From Candidatus Altiarchaeales archaeon (GTDB lineage: Archaea; Altiarchaeota; Altiarchaeia; IMC4; QMZM01), in contig JAHEXG010000002.1 of NCBI GenBank assembly GCA_023252215.1, positions 16,315 to 80,314 of the forward strand: DNA of 64,000 nucleotides, given 5' to 3'. The notes below the pieces were generated by a model, which did no database searches, was not told the DNA's origin, and saw only the letters and a program-made list of their open reading frames with translations. Of this stretch, positions 47,515-57,190 are shown in pieces. Both the position numbers and the translations under genes were made by a program. Position 1 is the stretch's first letter. Each line of letters begins with the position of its first letter.

Positions 47515-48519
47515 CTAACACACCCTTGGCACGGGATCCCCCACAGGGGATTCAAGCAATCGTTCGCCGCCTACCGAAGTTTCCAGGATCACGCGGCCCC
47601 GGCCCTTCTTTGCCTCGCCTATTAAGGCGGCGTCTCTCCCGTATTTCGTCTTCTTCAGCGCTGCAAGGACCTTTTTCGCATCCTCCGGGGCAACGCCGAT
47701 AACAGCTTTGCCTTCGTTGGCGACAGACAAAGGATCCAGCCCAAGCATCTCCGATGCTGCGCGCACGCCGTCACGCACAGGTATGGAATCCTCATCCAAA
47801 AAAACATCCAACTTCGCTTTAGACGCCATCTCATTAATGCAACTAGCAAGGCCGCCCCGGGTCGGATCCTTCAATGCGTGCAAGTCGTATTTCAAGACCT
47901 TCTCGATCATCGGCCAAAGAGGCGCACAATCCGATACAAGCGACGATTCAAACTCTATTCCCTCACGATGAGACATTACCGCAATGCCATGGTCCCCGAC
48001 CGGCCCGCTTACTATCACCTTGTCTCCGGGACGCAGGCCGGCATCAGAGACCACCTTCTTTGCAACGCCCAGGCCAGCGGTGTTGACGAGCAGGCCAATA
48101 TCGCCGTCCACGACCTTTGTATCCCCGGTAACGATCGGAACACCTATTTCTCTTGAGACAGCATCCATGGACTCAACGATCCTGTGCAGATCAGCTATCG
48201 GAAAACCCGCGCCCACGATGAACGCAGACGAGATCGCAACAGGCCGGCCGCCCATCATGGACAGGTCGTTAATAGTCCCGCACATGGAAAGTTTCCCTAT
48301 GTCTCCGCCGGGAAAGAAGACAGGTTTTACAATGTATGAATCGGTAGTGAACACAAGGTGCTCGCCCTTGAAAGGAATCGTCGCGGCATCGTCCAGTTCT
48401 GCGAGGCCTATCCCCCCGGCAACGTTCTTTTTAGAGATCTTCTTGAGCAGGACTGAAAGCAGGCCATGCATCGCCTCCCCCCCGCCCCCGTGAACCAGCT
48501 TGATTTTCTCGTCTTTCAT
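47515..48519 (-). CDS. hypE: Hydrogenase maturation protein HypE
   Basis: N-terminal HGGGG, AIR-synthase-like fold, C-terminal PRVC. Confidence 0.85.
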   Translation of the reverse strand: MKDEKIKLVHGGGGEAMHGLLSVLLKKISKKNVAGGIGLAELDDAATIPFKGEHLVFTTDSYIVKPVFFPGGDIGKLSMCGTINDLSMMGGRPVAISSAFIVGAGFPIADLHRIVESMDAVSREIGVPIVTGDTKVVDGDIGLLVNTAGLGVAKKVVSDAGLRPGDKVIVSGPVGDHGIAVMSHREGIEFESSLVSDCAPLWPMIEKVLKYDLHALKDPTRGGLASCINEMASKAKLDVFLDEDSIPVRDGVRAASEMLGLDPLSVANEGKAVIGVAPEDAKKVLAALKKTKYGRDAALIGEAKKGRGRVILETSVGGERLLESPVGDPVPRVC

Positions 48520-49169
48520 TTCCTCTTTTCTTTTTCCTTCTTTATCCAGTCCGCGAACTCGTCTATGCCCATGTCTTTGCGGATGCTGGTCATGAATACC
48601 CTTAATTTAGAATTGATATGCAGCGCATCCCTTCTCATCTTCTCCGCATCCGCGCCCACTGCATCCGCGATGTCTATCTTGTTGATTACCGCGGCATCCG
48701 AGGACACAAATATCATCGGGTGCTTCTCCACGGTATCGTCGCCTTCGGAAACGGAAACAATGGTCACATTAAGCTGCGTACCAAGAACGAAATCCACGGG
48801 ACATATCAGATTACCCACGTTCTCGACGAAAAGGATGTCAATGTCTTTCAGATCAAAATGATCCGCAGCATGCTCCACAAGATGCGCGTCCAAATGGCAC
48901 TCCCTGCCGGTGTTCACGCCGAGGACCGGGATCCCCAATTTCTTCAACCGGTTCGCATCGAGGTCGCTTATTATGTCTCCGGCGATGGCCGCGATCCTGT
49001 ATCCTATGAGCTTTTTATGGAGGACCTCGATCATCGCAGTCTTGCCCGAGCCGATAGCGCCCATGAAATTTATCGCAAGCACCCCGGCTTCGTCGAATGT
49101 CTTACGATTGCGCTCCGCTATCTTATTGTTTATCTCGAAAACGTCCTTGTCCATGCCGATGACGTGCAT
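48516..49169 (-). CDS. hypB: Hydrogenase nickel incorporation GTPase HypB
   Basis: P-loop GAIGSGKT, GTPase G-domain. ATGA overlap with hypE. Confidence 0.85.
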   Translation of the reverse strand: MHVIGMDKDVFEINNKIAERNRKTFDEAGVLAINFMGAIGSGKTAMIEVLHKKLIGYRIAAIAGDIISDLDANRLKKLGIPVLGVNTGRECHLDAHLVEHAADHFDLKDIDILFVENVGNLICPVDFVLGTQLNVTIVSVSEGDDTVEKHPMIFVSSDAAVINKIDIADAVGADAEKMRRDALHINSKLRVFMTSIRKDMGIDEFADWIKKEKEKRK

Positions 49170-49270
49170 TTTTCCTTTAAATTACGAATTAAGTCCTTCC
49201 AATTAGCAGGCACCTAAACAACCTTATTTAATTTTTAGTATTCCCATTAATTATATAGAATATTACTCGC

Positions 49271-49564
49271 ATGAAAACCCTCAACGAGATTATGGTCGTA
49301 TTATCCGCTCACAGAGAAGAGCTTTCCAATCATTTTAGAGTGAAAAATGTGGGAATCTTCGGATCATACGTCCGAGGAGAGCAGAATAAGGGCAGCGACC
49401 TTGACGTTCTGGTGGAATTCGATGAACCTGTGAGCCTTCTAGGCTTAGCCAGGGTTGAGAATTTTTTGGGTGATCTTTTGGGTTTGAAGGTTGACGTAGT
49501 GCCTAAAAAAGACATCAGGCCGGAACTTCGCAAGAGGATTCTTGCAGAGACGGTGTTTGTATGA
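49271..49564 (+). CDS. mntA: MntA-type minimal nucleotidyltransferase (antitoxin of HepT/MntA pair)
   Basis: GIFGSYVRGEQNKGSDLDVLVEF (GS-x9-D-x-D). Confidence 0.75.
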   Translation: MKTLNEIMVVLSAHREELSNHFRVKNVGIFGSYVRGEQNKGSDLDVLVEFDEPVSLLGLARVENFLGDLLGLKVDVVPKKDIRPELRKRILAETVFV

Positions 49565-49833
49565 AAAGGGATGCGTCCATCTATCTAGGCGATATTTTGG
49601 AGAACCTTGACAGAGCCACAGAATTCGTCGGAGGCATGAGCTATGAAGACTTTGAATGCGACGAGAAGACTTTTTATGCTGTTGTCAGATGTATCGAAAT
49701 AATCGGCGAAGCTTCCAAAAACCGGCCTAACGACGTAAGGAAAGATTACCCGGATATACCCTGGAGAGACATTGCAGGGATGCGAGACAAGGTCATACAT
49801 TCCTATTTTGGAGTGAATCCACACAGAGTCTGA
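49561..49833 (+). CDS. hepT: HepT-type HEPN toxin (DUF86)
   Basis: R-x4-H-x-Y motif RDKVIHSY. ATGA overlap with mntA. Confidence 0.75.
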   Translation: MKRDASIYLGDILENLDRATEFVGGMSYEDFECDEKTFYAVVRCIEIIGEASKNRPNDVRKDYPDIPWRDIAGMRDKVIHSYFGVNPHRV

Positions 49834-49915
49834 CAGGTCATAAAAGAAGACCTGCCAATTCTCAGGCCGGTTATTAAGAAGGCGCTTGCAAAGATGAAAC
49901 CGGACAAATAGAAAA

Positions 49916-50278
49916 TTATTCCGCAGTTATCTCCTTGATCATGCATTCCCTTCCGCCCAAAGGCTTGGCGACTTCCCCGCATACCGGGCATTTCAGCCTC
50001 CGGGTCAGGGAATACACATCCTTCTTTTCAGGCATTATTTCGCTTACGTGCTTTTTTTGGCACTCGATCTTCAGAGGCAGTATCCTGCACTCGACCTTCG
50101 CTCCTTGCGCAGCAGTCCCCTCGATCAGTATCTCTAAAGCGAATACTAATTGGTCGACGCTTATCATCGACAATTGCCCGATCTCCAGGACGATCTTTGT
50201 AACCTTCTCTGCGCCGTGCTTCTTTGATTCTACGAGCACGCTTTCTACTATCCCTGAAGCTACGGAAAATTCGTGCAT
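49916..50278 (-). CDS. hypA: Hydrogenase nickel insertion protein HypA
   Basis: MHEFS N-terminus. C-terminal CPVCG zinc site. Confidence 0.8.
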   Translation of the reverse strand: MHEFSVASGIVESVLVESKKHGAEKVTKIVLEIGQLSMISVDQLVFALEILIEGTAAQGAKVECRILPLKIECQKKHVSEIMPEKKDVYSLTRRLKCPVCGEVAKPLGGRECMIKEITAE

Positions 50279-50279
50279 C

Positions 50280-51359
50280 TTATTTTCTGCCGTATTTGTA
50301 GGCGATGTGGCATGATCCTTCTCCCGATACCATGCACGGCCCGACCGGGTCGTCCGGCGTGCATCTTTCGGCGAACAGCGGGCAGTCGGCGGGATAGGCT
50401 ATCCCTTTTAGTATCTTTCCGCACGCGCAGCCCTTGGGCTCAGGCGCTTCTTTCACGTCTATTCGGAATTTTATGCGGGCGTCGTGTTCGCCGTATTCTT
50501 CTTTGATCGCGAGGCCCGATCCGGGTATCGCGGGAAAGCCGCGCCATTTTACGTCGCATGGCTCGAATACTTTTTCCAACACGTCCAGTGCTTTCTTGTT
50601 TCCATCCTCTTTCACGACGCGCGAGTACTCGTTCCGAACGCCGTGGTCTTTTTGTTTTATCATCTCCAAGAGGAGCAGTACTCCGTACAGCACGTCCACT
50701 GGCTCGAATCCTGCGACCACTTGGGGTACTTTGTATTTCTCGCCGACCGAACGGTATGGGCCCAGGCCGATTATCGCTGAAACGTGCCCTGGGTCGATGA
50801 ATCCGTTTATTTTTGTGTCTCCTTCCGAGAGCAGGAAATCCATCGCAGGGGGAATAGTCCTATGGCATGAGAGCACGTAGAAGTTCTCAGGAGCGGAAAG
50901 CAACTCCACCGCAGTTGAGGGGGCTGTTGTCTCAAAGCCTATCCCGACGTGTACGACCTCTTTTCCGGGAAGTTCTTTTGCCAGTTTCACGGCGTCGGTT
51001 ATGGAGTAGACTATTCGCACCTCGGCCCCTTCTGATTTCGCTTCCGCCAGAGATGATGCGCTTCCCGGAACCTTCAACATGTCCCCGAATGAAGTAACGC
51101 ATGCGCCTTCTTTTGCCAGGGCGATAGCCTCATCTATCTCCTTTGCAGTTATGACGCAGACAGGGCAGCCCGGCCCGGATATTATTTCCATATTGTCAGG
51201 GAGAAGGGAGCGGATGCCTGCTTTTGCGATAGCGTCCTCGTGCGTGCCGCAGACATGCATCAGGCGCACAGGGCCCATACCGGATGCAGTGCCGCAAATC
51301 TTTGCGACTATCTTTTCCGCCAGCCTGCGGTCCCGGAATCCTGCGAGATCCTTATCCAT
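50280..51359 (-). CDS. hypD: Hydrogenase maturation protein HypD
   Basis: CGTHE, GPGCPVCV and C-terminal CPxxC motifs. Confidence 0.85.
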   Translation of the reverse strand: MDKDLAGFRDRRLAEKIVAKICGTASGMGPVRLMHVCGTHEDAIAKAGIRSLLPDNMEIISGPGCPVCVITAKEIDEAIALAKEGACVTSFGDMLKVPGSASSLAEAKSEGAEVRIVYSITDAVKLAKELPGKEVVHVGIGFETTAPSTAVELLSAPENFYVLSCHRTIPPAMDFLLSEGDTKINGFIDPGHVSAIIGLGPYRSVGEKYKVPQVVAGFEPVDVLYGVLLLLEMIKQKDHGVRNEYSRVVKEDGNKKALDVLEKVFEPCDVKWRGFPAIPGSGLAIKEEYGEHDARIKFRIDVKEAPEPKGCACGKILKGIAYPADCPLFAERCTPDDPVGPCMVSGEGSCHIAYKYGRK

Positions 51360-51564
51360 CGGCTATCTCCTCCAGTATCTTCAAGGTCTCCTTGGCATCC
51401 TTTTCGTCGAGTACCTCTATTGCATATCCTGCATGGACTATGACGTATTCTCCGGGCTTAACGCTTACAAGGTCTACTTTGACGGTCCTGCGAATCCCTC
51501 CAAAGTCTACGGAAGCTTCTTTTCCCCGTATTTCAAGGACTATTCCAGGTATGGCAAGGCACAT
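51352..51564 (-). CDS. hypC: Hydrogenase maturation protein HypC
   Basis: MCLAIP N-terminus, 70 aa. Confidence 0.85.
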   Translation of the reverse strand: MCLAIPGIVLEIRGKEASVDFGGIRRTVKVDLVSVKPGEYVIVHAGYAIEVLDEKDAKETLKILEEIADG

Positions 51565-51613
51565 CTTAAGTTCTCCAATGATTTATCACTATAATTCATA
51601 TAACATTGGAATC

Positions 51614-53866
51614 ATGCGCAAAAAAGCCGTAATAGAGATATCAGGAACCGTGCAGGGAGTGGGTTTCCGCCCTTTCGTCTACCGCAGCGCAGGCAGCCTC
51701 GGAATAACGGGACAGGTCAAAAACCTCGGAGACGCAGGAGTAGAGATAATAGCCGAAGGAAACGAGGAATCCATAAAAAAACTCGTAGAGAAGATAAAGA
51801 AAGAAAAGCCCGTGAACGCCGGAATAGAGAGCATCAGAGTGCGCTGGACGGGCTACTCTCCCAAGCACAAGGATTTTCGCATAGTCCACAGCGACGGCAC
51901 AGGGCTTGGAGGAAAGATCATCCCGGATTACGGCATCTGCGATGCGTGCCTAAAAGAAGTCAGGAAAAAGAGCGACCGGCGATACCGCTACCCGCTCATC
52001 TCCTGCACAGACTGCGGCCCCCGTTTCACTGTCCTGCAGAAAATGCCCCTGGACAGGAAGAACACGTCCTACAAAAAATTCGCTCCATGCACCCGCTGCG
52101 AACACGAATACTCGGACCCCGAAAACAGGAGATTCTACGCCCAGACCATCGCCTGTCCCGTGTGCGGACCAGATTATTCCTTACTAGACAGCGTAGGCAG
52201 AAATAGCCCAAGACCGATAGAAACAGCAATACAAAAACTGAAGGAGGGACAGATACTTGCAATAAAAGGCGTCGGAGGAATGCACCTAGCCTGCCTGACA
52301 AAAAATGATACGGCAGTTTCGGAATTGAGAAATAGACGGCAGCGGCCATCGCAGCCTTTCGCAGTCATGGCTTCCCTGGAGATGATCAGGAAATTCGCGC
52401 AGGTCTCCCGTATGGAAGAAGCGCTACTCACTTCAAAGGAAAAGCCCATAGTCGTACTAAGAAAAAGCGCAGGCTACGGCCTGTCCGATCATGCAGCCCC
52501 GGGGCTTGAGAACATCGGAGTGATGCTTCCGTATACCGCTTTACATCACCTCCTCTTTGCGAGAATAAACGAGCCATTGATCATGACGTCTGCCAATCCC
52601 CGCGGCGAACCGATGATAAAGGACAACAGGGAGATATTAAAAAACAAGGCCGCAGACTACTATCTGCTACACGATCTGCGGATAATGAACCGGTGCGACG
52701 ACTCGGTGATAAAGATTGTGAACGGCAGGCCTGCTTTCATCCGCAGGAGCAGGGGGTACGTCCCAAGGCCGGTGAAACTCGAGAACCCGGACGGGAAGAC
52801 GGTTCTTGCTCTTGGCGCGGGAGAAAATGTTTCATTCTGCCTGCTCAAAGGAAACGATGCGTTCCTCAGCCAGCATATAGGGAACACGGAAAATCTGCGG
52901 ACGATGGAGTACCTGCAGGAAGCGATTGAAAACTTTATCAGGTTAATACCCTCAAGAATAGATGCCATCGCCTGCGACCTGCATCCCTCATTTAATACGA
53001 CGAAACAGGCCGCGCAATTAGGAGAAAAATATGGCGTTCCCGTAACCCGCGTCCAGCACCATCACGCGCATCTGTTATCCCTTGCGGGAGAACATGTTCT
53101 GGAAAAACTCGTCGGGATCTGCTGCGACGGCGTAGGCTACGGCACCGACGGAAAGGCGTGGGGCGGGGAAGTGTTCACGCTCAGGGACAAAGAGATAAAA
53201 AGGATAGGGCATCTGAAAGAACAATCCATGCCCGGCGGAGACCTCGCGGCACATTACCCGGCGCGGATGGCCGCCGGGATTCTCTACGGAGCATACTCAT
53301 ATGACGAGCTGCAGAACATCCTCTCGGACCTGTATTACAAACACGGGAAAAAAGAGATGGAAATCGTCCTTGCACAGTTGGAAAATGGAATAAACGTGCA
53401 GAAGACTACGTCGACAGGCAGGGTGCTTGACGCGGCAGCATCTTTGCTCGGAGTCTGCCATTATAGGACATACGAAGGAGAGCCTGCGATGAAACTGGAA
53501 GCGGCAGGGAGGGGAGGAAAAGACCTGCATTTTCCGGTAGTAACGAAGAAAGGCATATTGGACACATCAGCACTTTTGAAAGAGGTCGTGGAAGCAAAGA
53601 AAGAACACAAAACAAGAGACATCGCCTACTCACTGGAGACCGCGCTTGCAAGGGGGCTTGCGAGGATAGCTGTAACTGCTGCGCAAAAAGACCGTATCAG
53701 CACCATAGGAGTGTCGGGGGGCGTAGCCTACAACGACGTATTCGTCAGGGCCGTTGCAGAATATGTTAAAAGAAGCGAACTGGGATTCGTGCAGAACGAA
53801 CGGGTGCCGTGCGGAGACGGAGGGATTTCATACGGGCAGGCTGCGTATTACAAAAAAATATGCTGA
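51614..53866 (+). CDS. hypF: Carbamoyltransferase HypF
   Basis: Acylphosphatase domain GTVQGVGFRPFVY. Two CxxC-x18-CxxC zinc fingers. YrdC-like and Kae1-like domains. True start MRKKAVIEISG at 51614; the track ORF from 51284 is over-extended. Confidence 0.9.
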   Translation: MRKKAVIEISGTVQGVGFRPFVYRSAGSLGITGQVKNLGDAGVEIIAEGNEESIKKLVEKIKKEKPVNAGIESIRVRWTGYSPKHKDFRIVHSDGTGLGGKIIPDYGICDACLKEVRKKSDRRYRYPLISCTDCGPRFTVLQKMPLDRKNTSYKKFAPCTRCEHEYSDPENRRFYAQTIACPVCGPDYSLLDSVGRNSPRPIETAIQKLKEGQILAIKGVGGMHLACLTKNDTAVSELRNRRQRPSQPFAVMASLEMIRKFAQVSRMEEALLTSKEKPIVVLRKSAGYGLSDHAAPGLENIGVMLPYTALHHLLFARINEPLIMTSANPRGEPMIKDNREILKNKAADYYLLHDLRIMNRCDDSVIKIVNGRPAFIRRSRGYVPRPVKLENPDGKTVLALGAGENVSFCLLKGNDAFLSQHIGNTENLRTMEYLQEAIENFIRLIPSRIDAIACDLHPSFNTTKQAAQLGEKYGVPVTRVQHHHAHLLSLAGEHVLEKLVGICCDGVGYGTDGKAWGGEVFTLRDKEIKRIGHLKEQSMPGGDLAAHYPARMAAGILYGAYSYDELQNILSDLYYKHGKKEMEIVLAQLENGINVQKTTSTGRVLDAAASLLGVCHYRTYEGEPAMKLEAAGRGGKDLHFPVVTKKGILDTSALLKEVVEAKKEHKTRDIAYSLETALARGLARIAVTAAQKDRISTIGVSGGVAYNDVFVRAVAEYVKRSELGFVQNERVPCGDGGISYGQAAYYKKIC

Positions 53867-54065
53867 TTTTTGAATTCGATATCGGCATTTTCTTTTTCCA
53901 TTGATAACTTTTTTTCACCTGTTCATTTACTTTCTAAACTTTTTTTCGCTATCCTACGAGTTGTTTTTTTCTTTCTTTAAATTTTTGTCTTCCATTATAT
54001 ATTTGTTTAATCGCATTATTGTAATGATTAATCATTATAATTAATCACTTAACCAGGTGAAGTAA

Positions 54066-56204
54066 TTGAAAGTATTCCTTTACGACTTCGGCGGAGAGAT
54101 AAAGTACCCGGAGAACCTAGACTTCGGGAAGGACGTAGAGATCATCCGCCTGAAAGACATATCCACCGAAGAGACGCGCCGCACAGTTGAAAAGGCGCTC
54201 AAAACAGACAAGGTCGTATTCGTAGGGCCAAGCCACCGCATATCCGAAAGATTTTTTTCCGATCCGAACATAAAGTTCGTGAACGCGCGGGAACATGTGG
54301 CATGGGTGGGCCATAACCCGGAAAAGATAAGGGACCTCGTACAGGGTTCCATAGACAAATTACGTAACTCAAATAAAATAGAGAATAAGCGTTTTCTCAT
54401 AAAGCACAAAAGCGCGCTGGTCATAGGGGCCGGGATAGCCGGCCTGGAAACCGCGCGACAGATAGCTAATTCCGGATACAAGGTATACTTGATAGAGAAG
54501 AAACCATTCGTCGGGGGGCTTGTGGCCCGCCTGGACAGGCTGTATCCTGCGGGGACGCCCAACTCCCATATTCTTTACCCGCTCATAAACGAAGTAGTCA
54601 GCAACCCGAATGTAGAGGTCCTCGTGAACACGGAAATGGAAAAAGCCGAGGGCACCGTGGGGGACTACGCGGTAAAGCTGAAGATCAAAGGAAACGTCGT
54701 CGAAGGAAAATTGCCTAAAAAATGCGAGGAAGTCTGCCCTGTAGAAGTCGTGGATAAGATACCGCGCAAGGCGATATACTATCAGCCCACTTATCCTGAA
54801 TCGTACGGCATAGACTTCGATGCCTGCACCAAATGCGGTAACTGCGTGAAAGTAATGCCGGAACTATCCCTTGGAGAGACTGAGAGAACCATACACGTAG
54901 GCGCGATAGTCGTCGCAACCGGGCTCAAGGGGTATGACGCAAAAAGGATAGTCGAATACGGCTACGGCAGGTACCCCAACGTATACACGAAGCTGGAATT
55001 CGAAAGAAGATTCGCAAACGGCCTCATAAAGCCCAAGAGCGTAGTCATCGTGAACTGCGCAGGATCGCGCGACAAGAATCACCTGCCTTACTGCTCCAGA
55101 GTCTGCTGCATGCTCGGCCTTAAGGCAGCAAAACTCATAAAGGACACAGCCCCCGAAACCGAGGTCTACGTAAATTACATAGACATGCGAAGCTACGGCA
55201 TATTCGAGGAATTCTATAACATCGTACGCGAAACATACGGCGTAAAATTCGTGCAGGGACGCCCCTCGGAGATACTCCAGGACGCGGACGGAAAACTCGT
55301 TGTAAGATGCGAAGACATCCTCCTGGACAAGAACATCGAGATGAAAGTAGATTGCGTAGTCCTCATGACAGGCTTCGTCCCGGACAAGGAATCATTCGAC
55401 AAACTCGGGATATACACCGCAGGAGCATACCCGGTAGAATACGTAAACTCCACATACTCAATAGACTCGAATCCCAGGGGAATATTCATCGCAGGCTCCG
55501 CAGGCTACCCCAAAGACGTAGCCGAGATACTGATAAACGCGGCAAACGCCCCCGGCGGAGTCATCGAAATACTGAGCAAAGACTACGTAGAAAACAAGAC
55601 ACCAACCGCGAAGATCGACTCCAGGATATGCAGCGAGAACAACTGCAGGATATGCATCACGGCCTGCCCATACGGCGCAGTGCACATGAAAGGAGAGGAG
55701 GTAGTAGTCAATGAGGAAGTATGCATGGGCTGCGGCATATGCACTGCCACCTGCGCCGCAGGAGCAAACCAGCTCCAGGGATTCGAAGAAAAGGGAATGC
55801 TCGCACAGATAGGAGGCATGACCAAAAAAGGGGACGTGATCGCTTTTATGTGCAAGTGGAGTTCCTACAACGCCGCGGACAAGGCGGGACAGGAGCGCCT
55901 GACCTACCCCGAGAACGTAAAGATAATACGCGTGCCATGCACGGGCCGTGTCTCCGCGCAGATGATACTCAAATCCTACGAATCCGGCGCGAAGGCGGTC
56001 CTGGTCGCAGGCTGCCCGCCGGACGCATGCCACTACTTCACTGGCAACTTCAAGGCAAGAAAAAGGATAACCGCATTAAAGGCCATGCTTTCCCAGTTCG
56101 GCATAGATCCCGAAACGCTAGCGATCGAATGGATAGGAAAAGACGAGTCAAAGAAATTCGCGGAGACGGTAACGAGACTGAACGGATTAAAACAGCAAAA
56201 ATGA
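54066..56204 (+). CDS. hdrA: Heterodisulfide reductase subunit A-like flavoprotein with C-terminal MvhD domain fusion
   Basis: FAD motif VIGAGIAGLETA. Multiple 4Fe-4S Cys clusters (CTKCGNC, CSENNCRIC, CMGCGIC). C-terminal MvhD-like domain (CKWSSYNAADKAG...VPCTGRVS...CPPDACHY). TTG start. Confidence 0.8.
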   Translation: MKVFLYDFGGEIKYPENLDFGKDVEIIRLKDISTEETRRTVEKALKTDKVVFVGPSHRISERFFSDPNIKFVNAREHVAWVGHNPEKIRDLVQGSIDKLRNSNKIENKRFLIKHKSALVIGAGIAGLETARQIANSGYKVYLIEKKPFVGGLVARLDRLYPAGTPNSHILYPLINEVVSNPNVEVLVNTEMEKAEGTVGDYAVKLKIKGNVVEGKLPKKCEEVCPVEVVDKIPRKAIYYQPTYPESYGIDFDACTKCGNCVKVMPELSLGETERTIHVGAIVVATGLKGYDAKRIVEYGYGRYPNVYTKLEFERRFANGLIKPKSVVIVNCAGSRDKNHLPYCSRVCCMLGLKAAKLIKDTAPETEVYVNYIDMRSYGIFEEFYNIVRETYGVKFVQGRPSEILQDADGKLVVRCEDILLDKNIEMKVDCVVLMTGFVPDKESFDKLGIYTAGAYPVEYVNSTYSIDSNPRGIFIAGSAGYPKDVAEILINAANAPGGVIEILSKDYVENKTPTAKIDSRICSENNCRICITACPYGAVHMKGEEVVVNEEVCMGCGICTATCAAGANQLQGFEEKGMLAQIGGMTKKGDVIAFMCKWSSYNAADKAGQERLTYPENVKIIRVPCTGRVSAQMILKSYESGAKAVLVAGCPPDACHYFTGNFKARKRITALKAMLSQFGIDPETLAIEWIGKDESKKFAETVTRLNGLKQQK

Positions 56205-57190
56205 CAGGAAAAGAAAAGCTAAAGATCGCCATATGCCGGGGATGCACATGCTCAGGCTGCGACATAGCGATACTCGACATACACGAGCGCCTGCTTAAAG
56301 TGATCGAGAAGGCGGACATAGTATACGCTCCGACCATCATGGATGCGAAGAATGCGGACGTTGAGAAAATGAAAGACCGGGAAATAGACGTCTGCTTCTA
56401 TCACGGCGCGGTCCGCGATTCCGACAACGAGGAGCTTGCACGTTTGCTGCGCAAAAAGTCCAAGATAATGATAGCCTTCGGCGCATGCGCCTGCTTCGGC
56501 GGAATATTCGGCCTTGCGAACACCACCAACAGAAAGGAGATATTCGAAGAAGTCTATAAGAACACAGCCTCCACCGACAATCCTGAGGGCATAATGCCCC
56601 AAACGGAATACGCGGACAAGAAAGGACACACAATGACCCTGCCGGAGATCTACGACAGCGTCTATCCACTGAATGAAAAAGTAGCCGTCGACTACTACAT
56701 CCCGCTGTGCCCGCCGATACCGGACCAGATAATGACGGGACTTGCCGCCATCACCTCAGGGAACCTCCCCCCAAAAGGAACGATACTCGCATCAGAAAAA
56801 ACGCTATGCAGCGAATGCGAAAGAACAAGGTCCCAGGTCAGGAAGATAGGCAAGATACACCGCCCCCACGAAATAGAAATCGACCAAGAGAAGTGCATGC
56901 TGGACCAGGGACTATTATGCATGGGCCCCGCGACGAGAGCCGGCTGCGGGACTATCTGCGTGAAGGCGAACGTGCCATGCCGCGGCTGCAACGGCCCCAC
57001 GAGCCAGGAATACGACCAGGGAGCAAACATGCTCAGCCTCGTTGCCACGATATACGGAATACCCGAAGAATCGCTCACAGAAGAAGACGTAAAAAAGGCG
57101 ATGAAAGAAATAAAAGACCCGCTGGGAACTTTTTACAGATACACGTTGCCTACGTCGATACTGAAAAGAAAAAGGATGGACGGAAAATGA
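56201..57190 (+). CDS. mvhG: [NiFe] hydrogenase small subunit (MvhG-like)
   Basis: N-terminal CRGCTCSGCD, further FeS Cys clusters. ATGA overlap with hdrA. Track ORF from 55721 is over-extended. Confidence 0.8.
   Translation: MTGKEKLKIAICRGCTCSGCDIAILDIHERLLKVIEKADIVYAPTIMDAKNADVEKMKDREIDVCFYHGAVRDSDNEELARLLRKKSKIMIAFGACACFGGIFGLANTTNRKEIFEEVYKNTASTDNPEGIMPQTEYADKKGHTMTLPEIYDSVYPLNEKVAVDYYIPLCPPIPDQIMTGLAAITSGNLPPKGTILASEKTLCSECERTRSQVRKIGKIHRPHEIEIDQEKCMLDQGLLCMGPATRAGCGTICVKANVPCRGCNGPTSQEYDQGANMLSLVATIYGIPEESLTEEDVKKAMKEIKDPLGTFYRYTLPTSILKRKRMDGK

Noticed and set aside
51284-53866. 860-aa version of HypF
   Set aside because: The upstream 110 codons overlap hypC on the opposite strand. 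The acylphosphatase domain begins at MRKKAVIEISG (51614).
55721-57190. 489-aa version of the hydrogenase small subunit
   Set aside because: Runs in-frame through the 3' end of hdrA. The conserved N-terminus MTGKEKLKIAICRGC starts at 56201 with an ATGA overlap.
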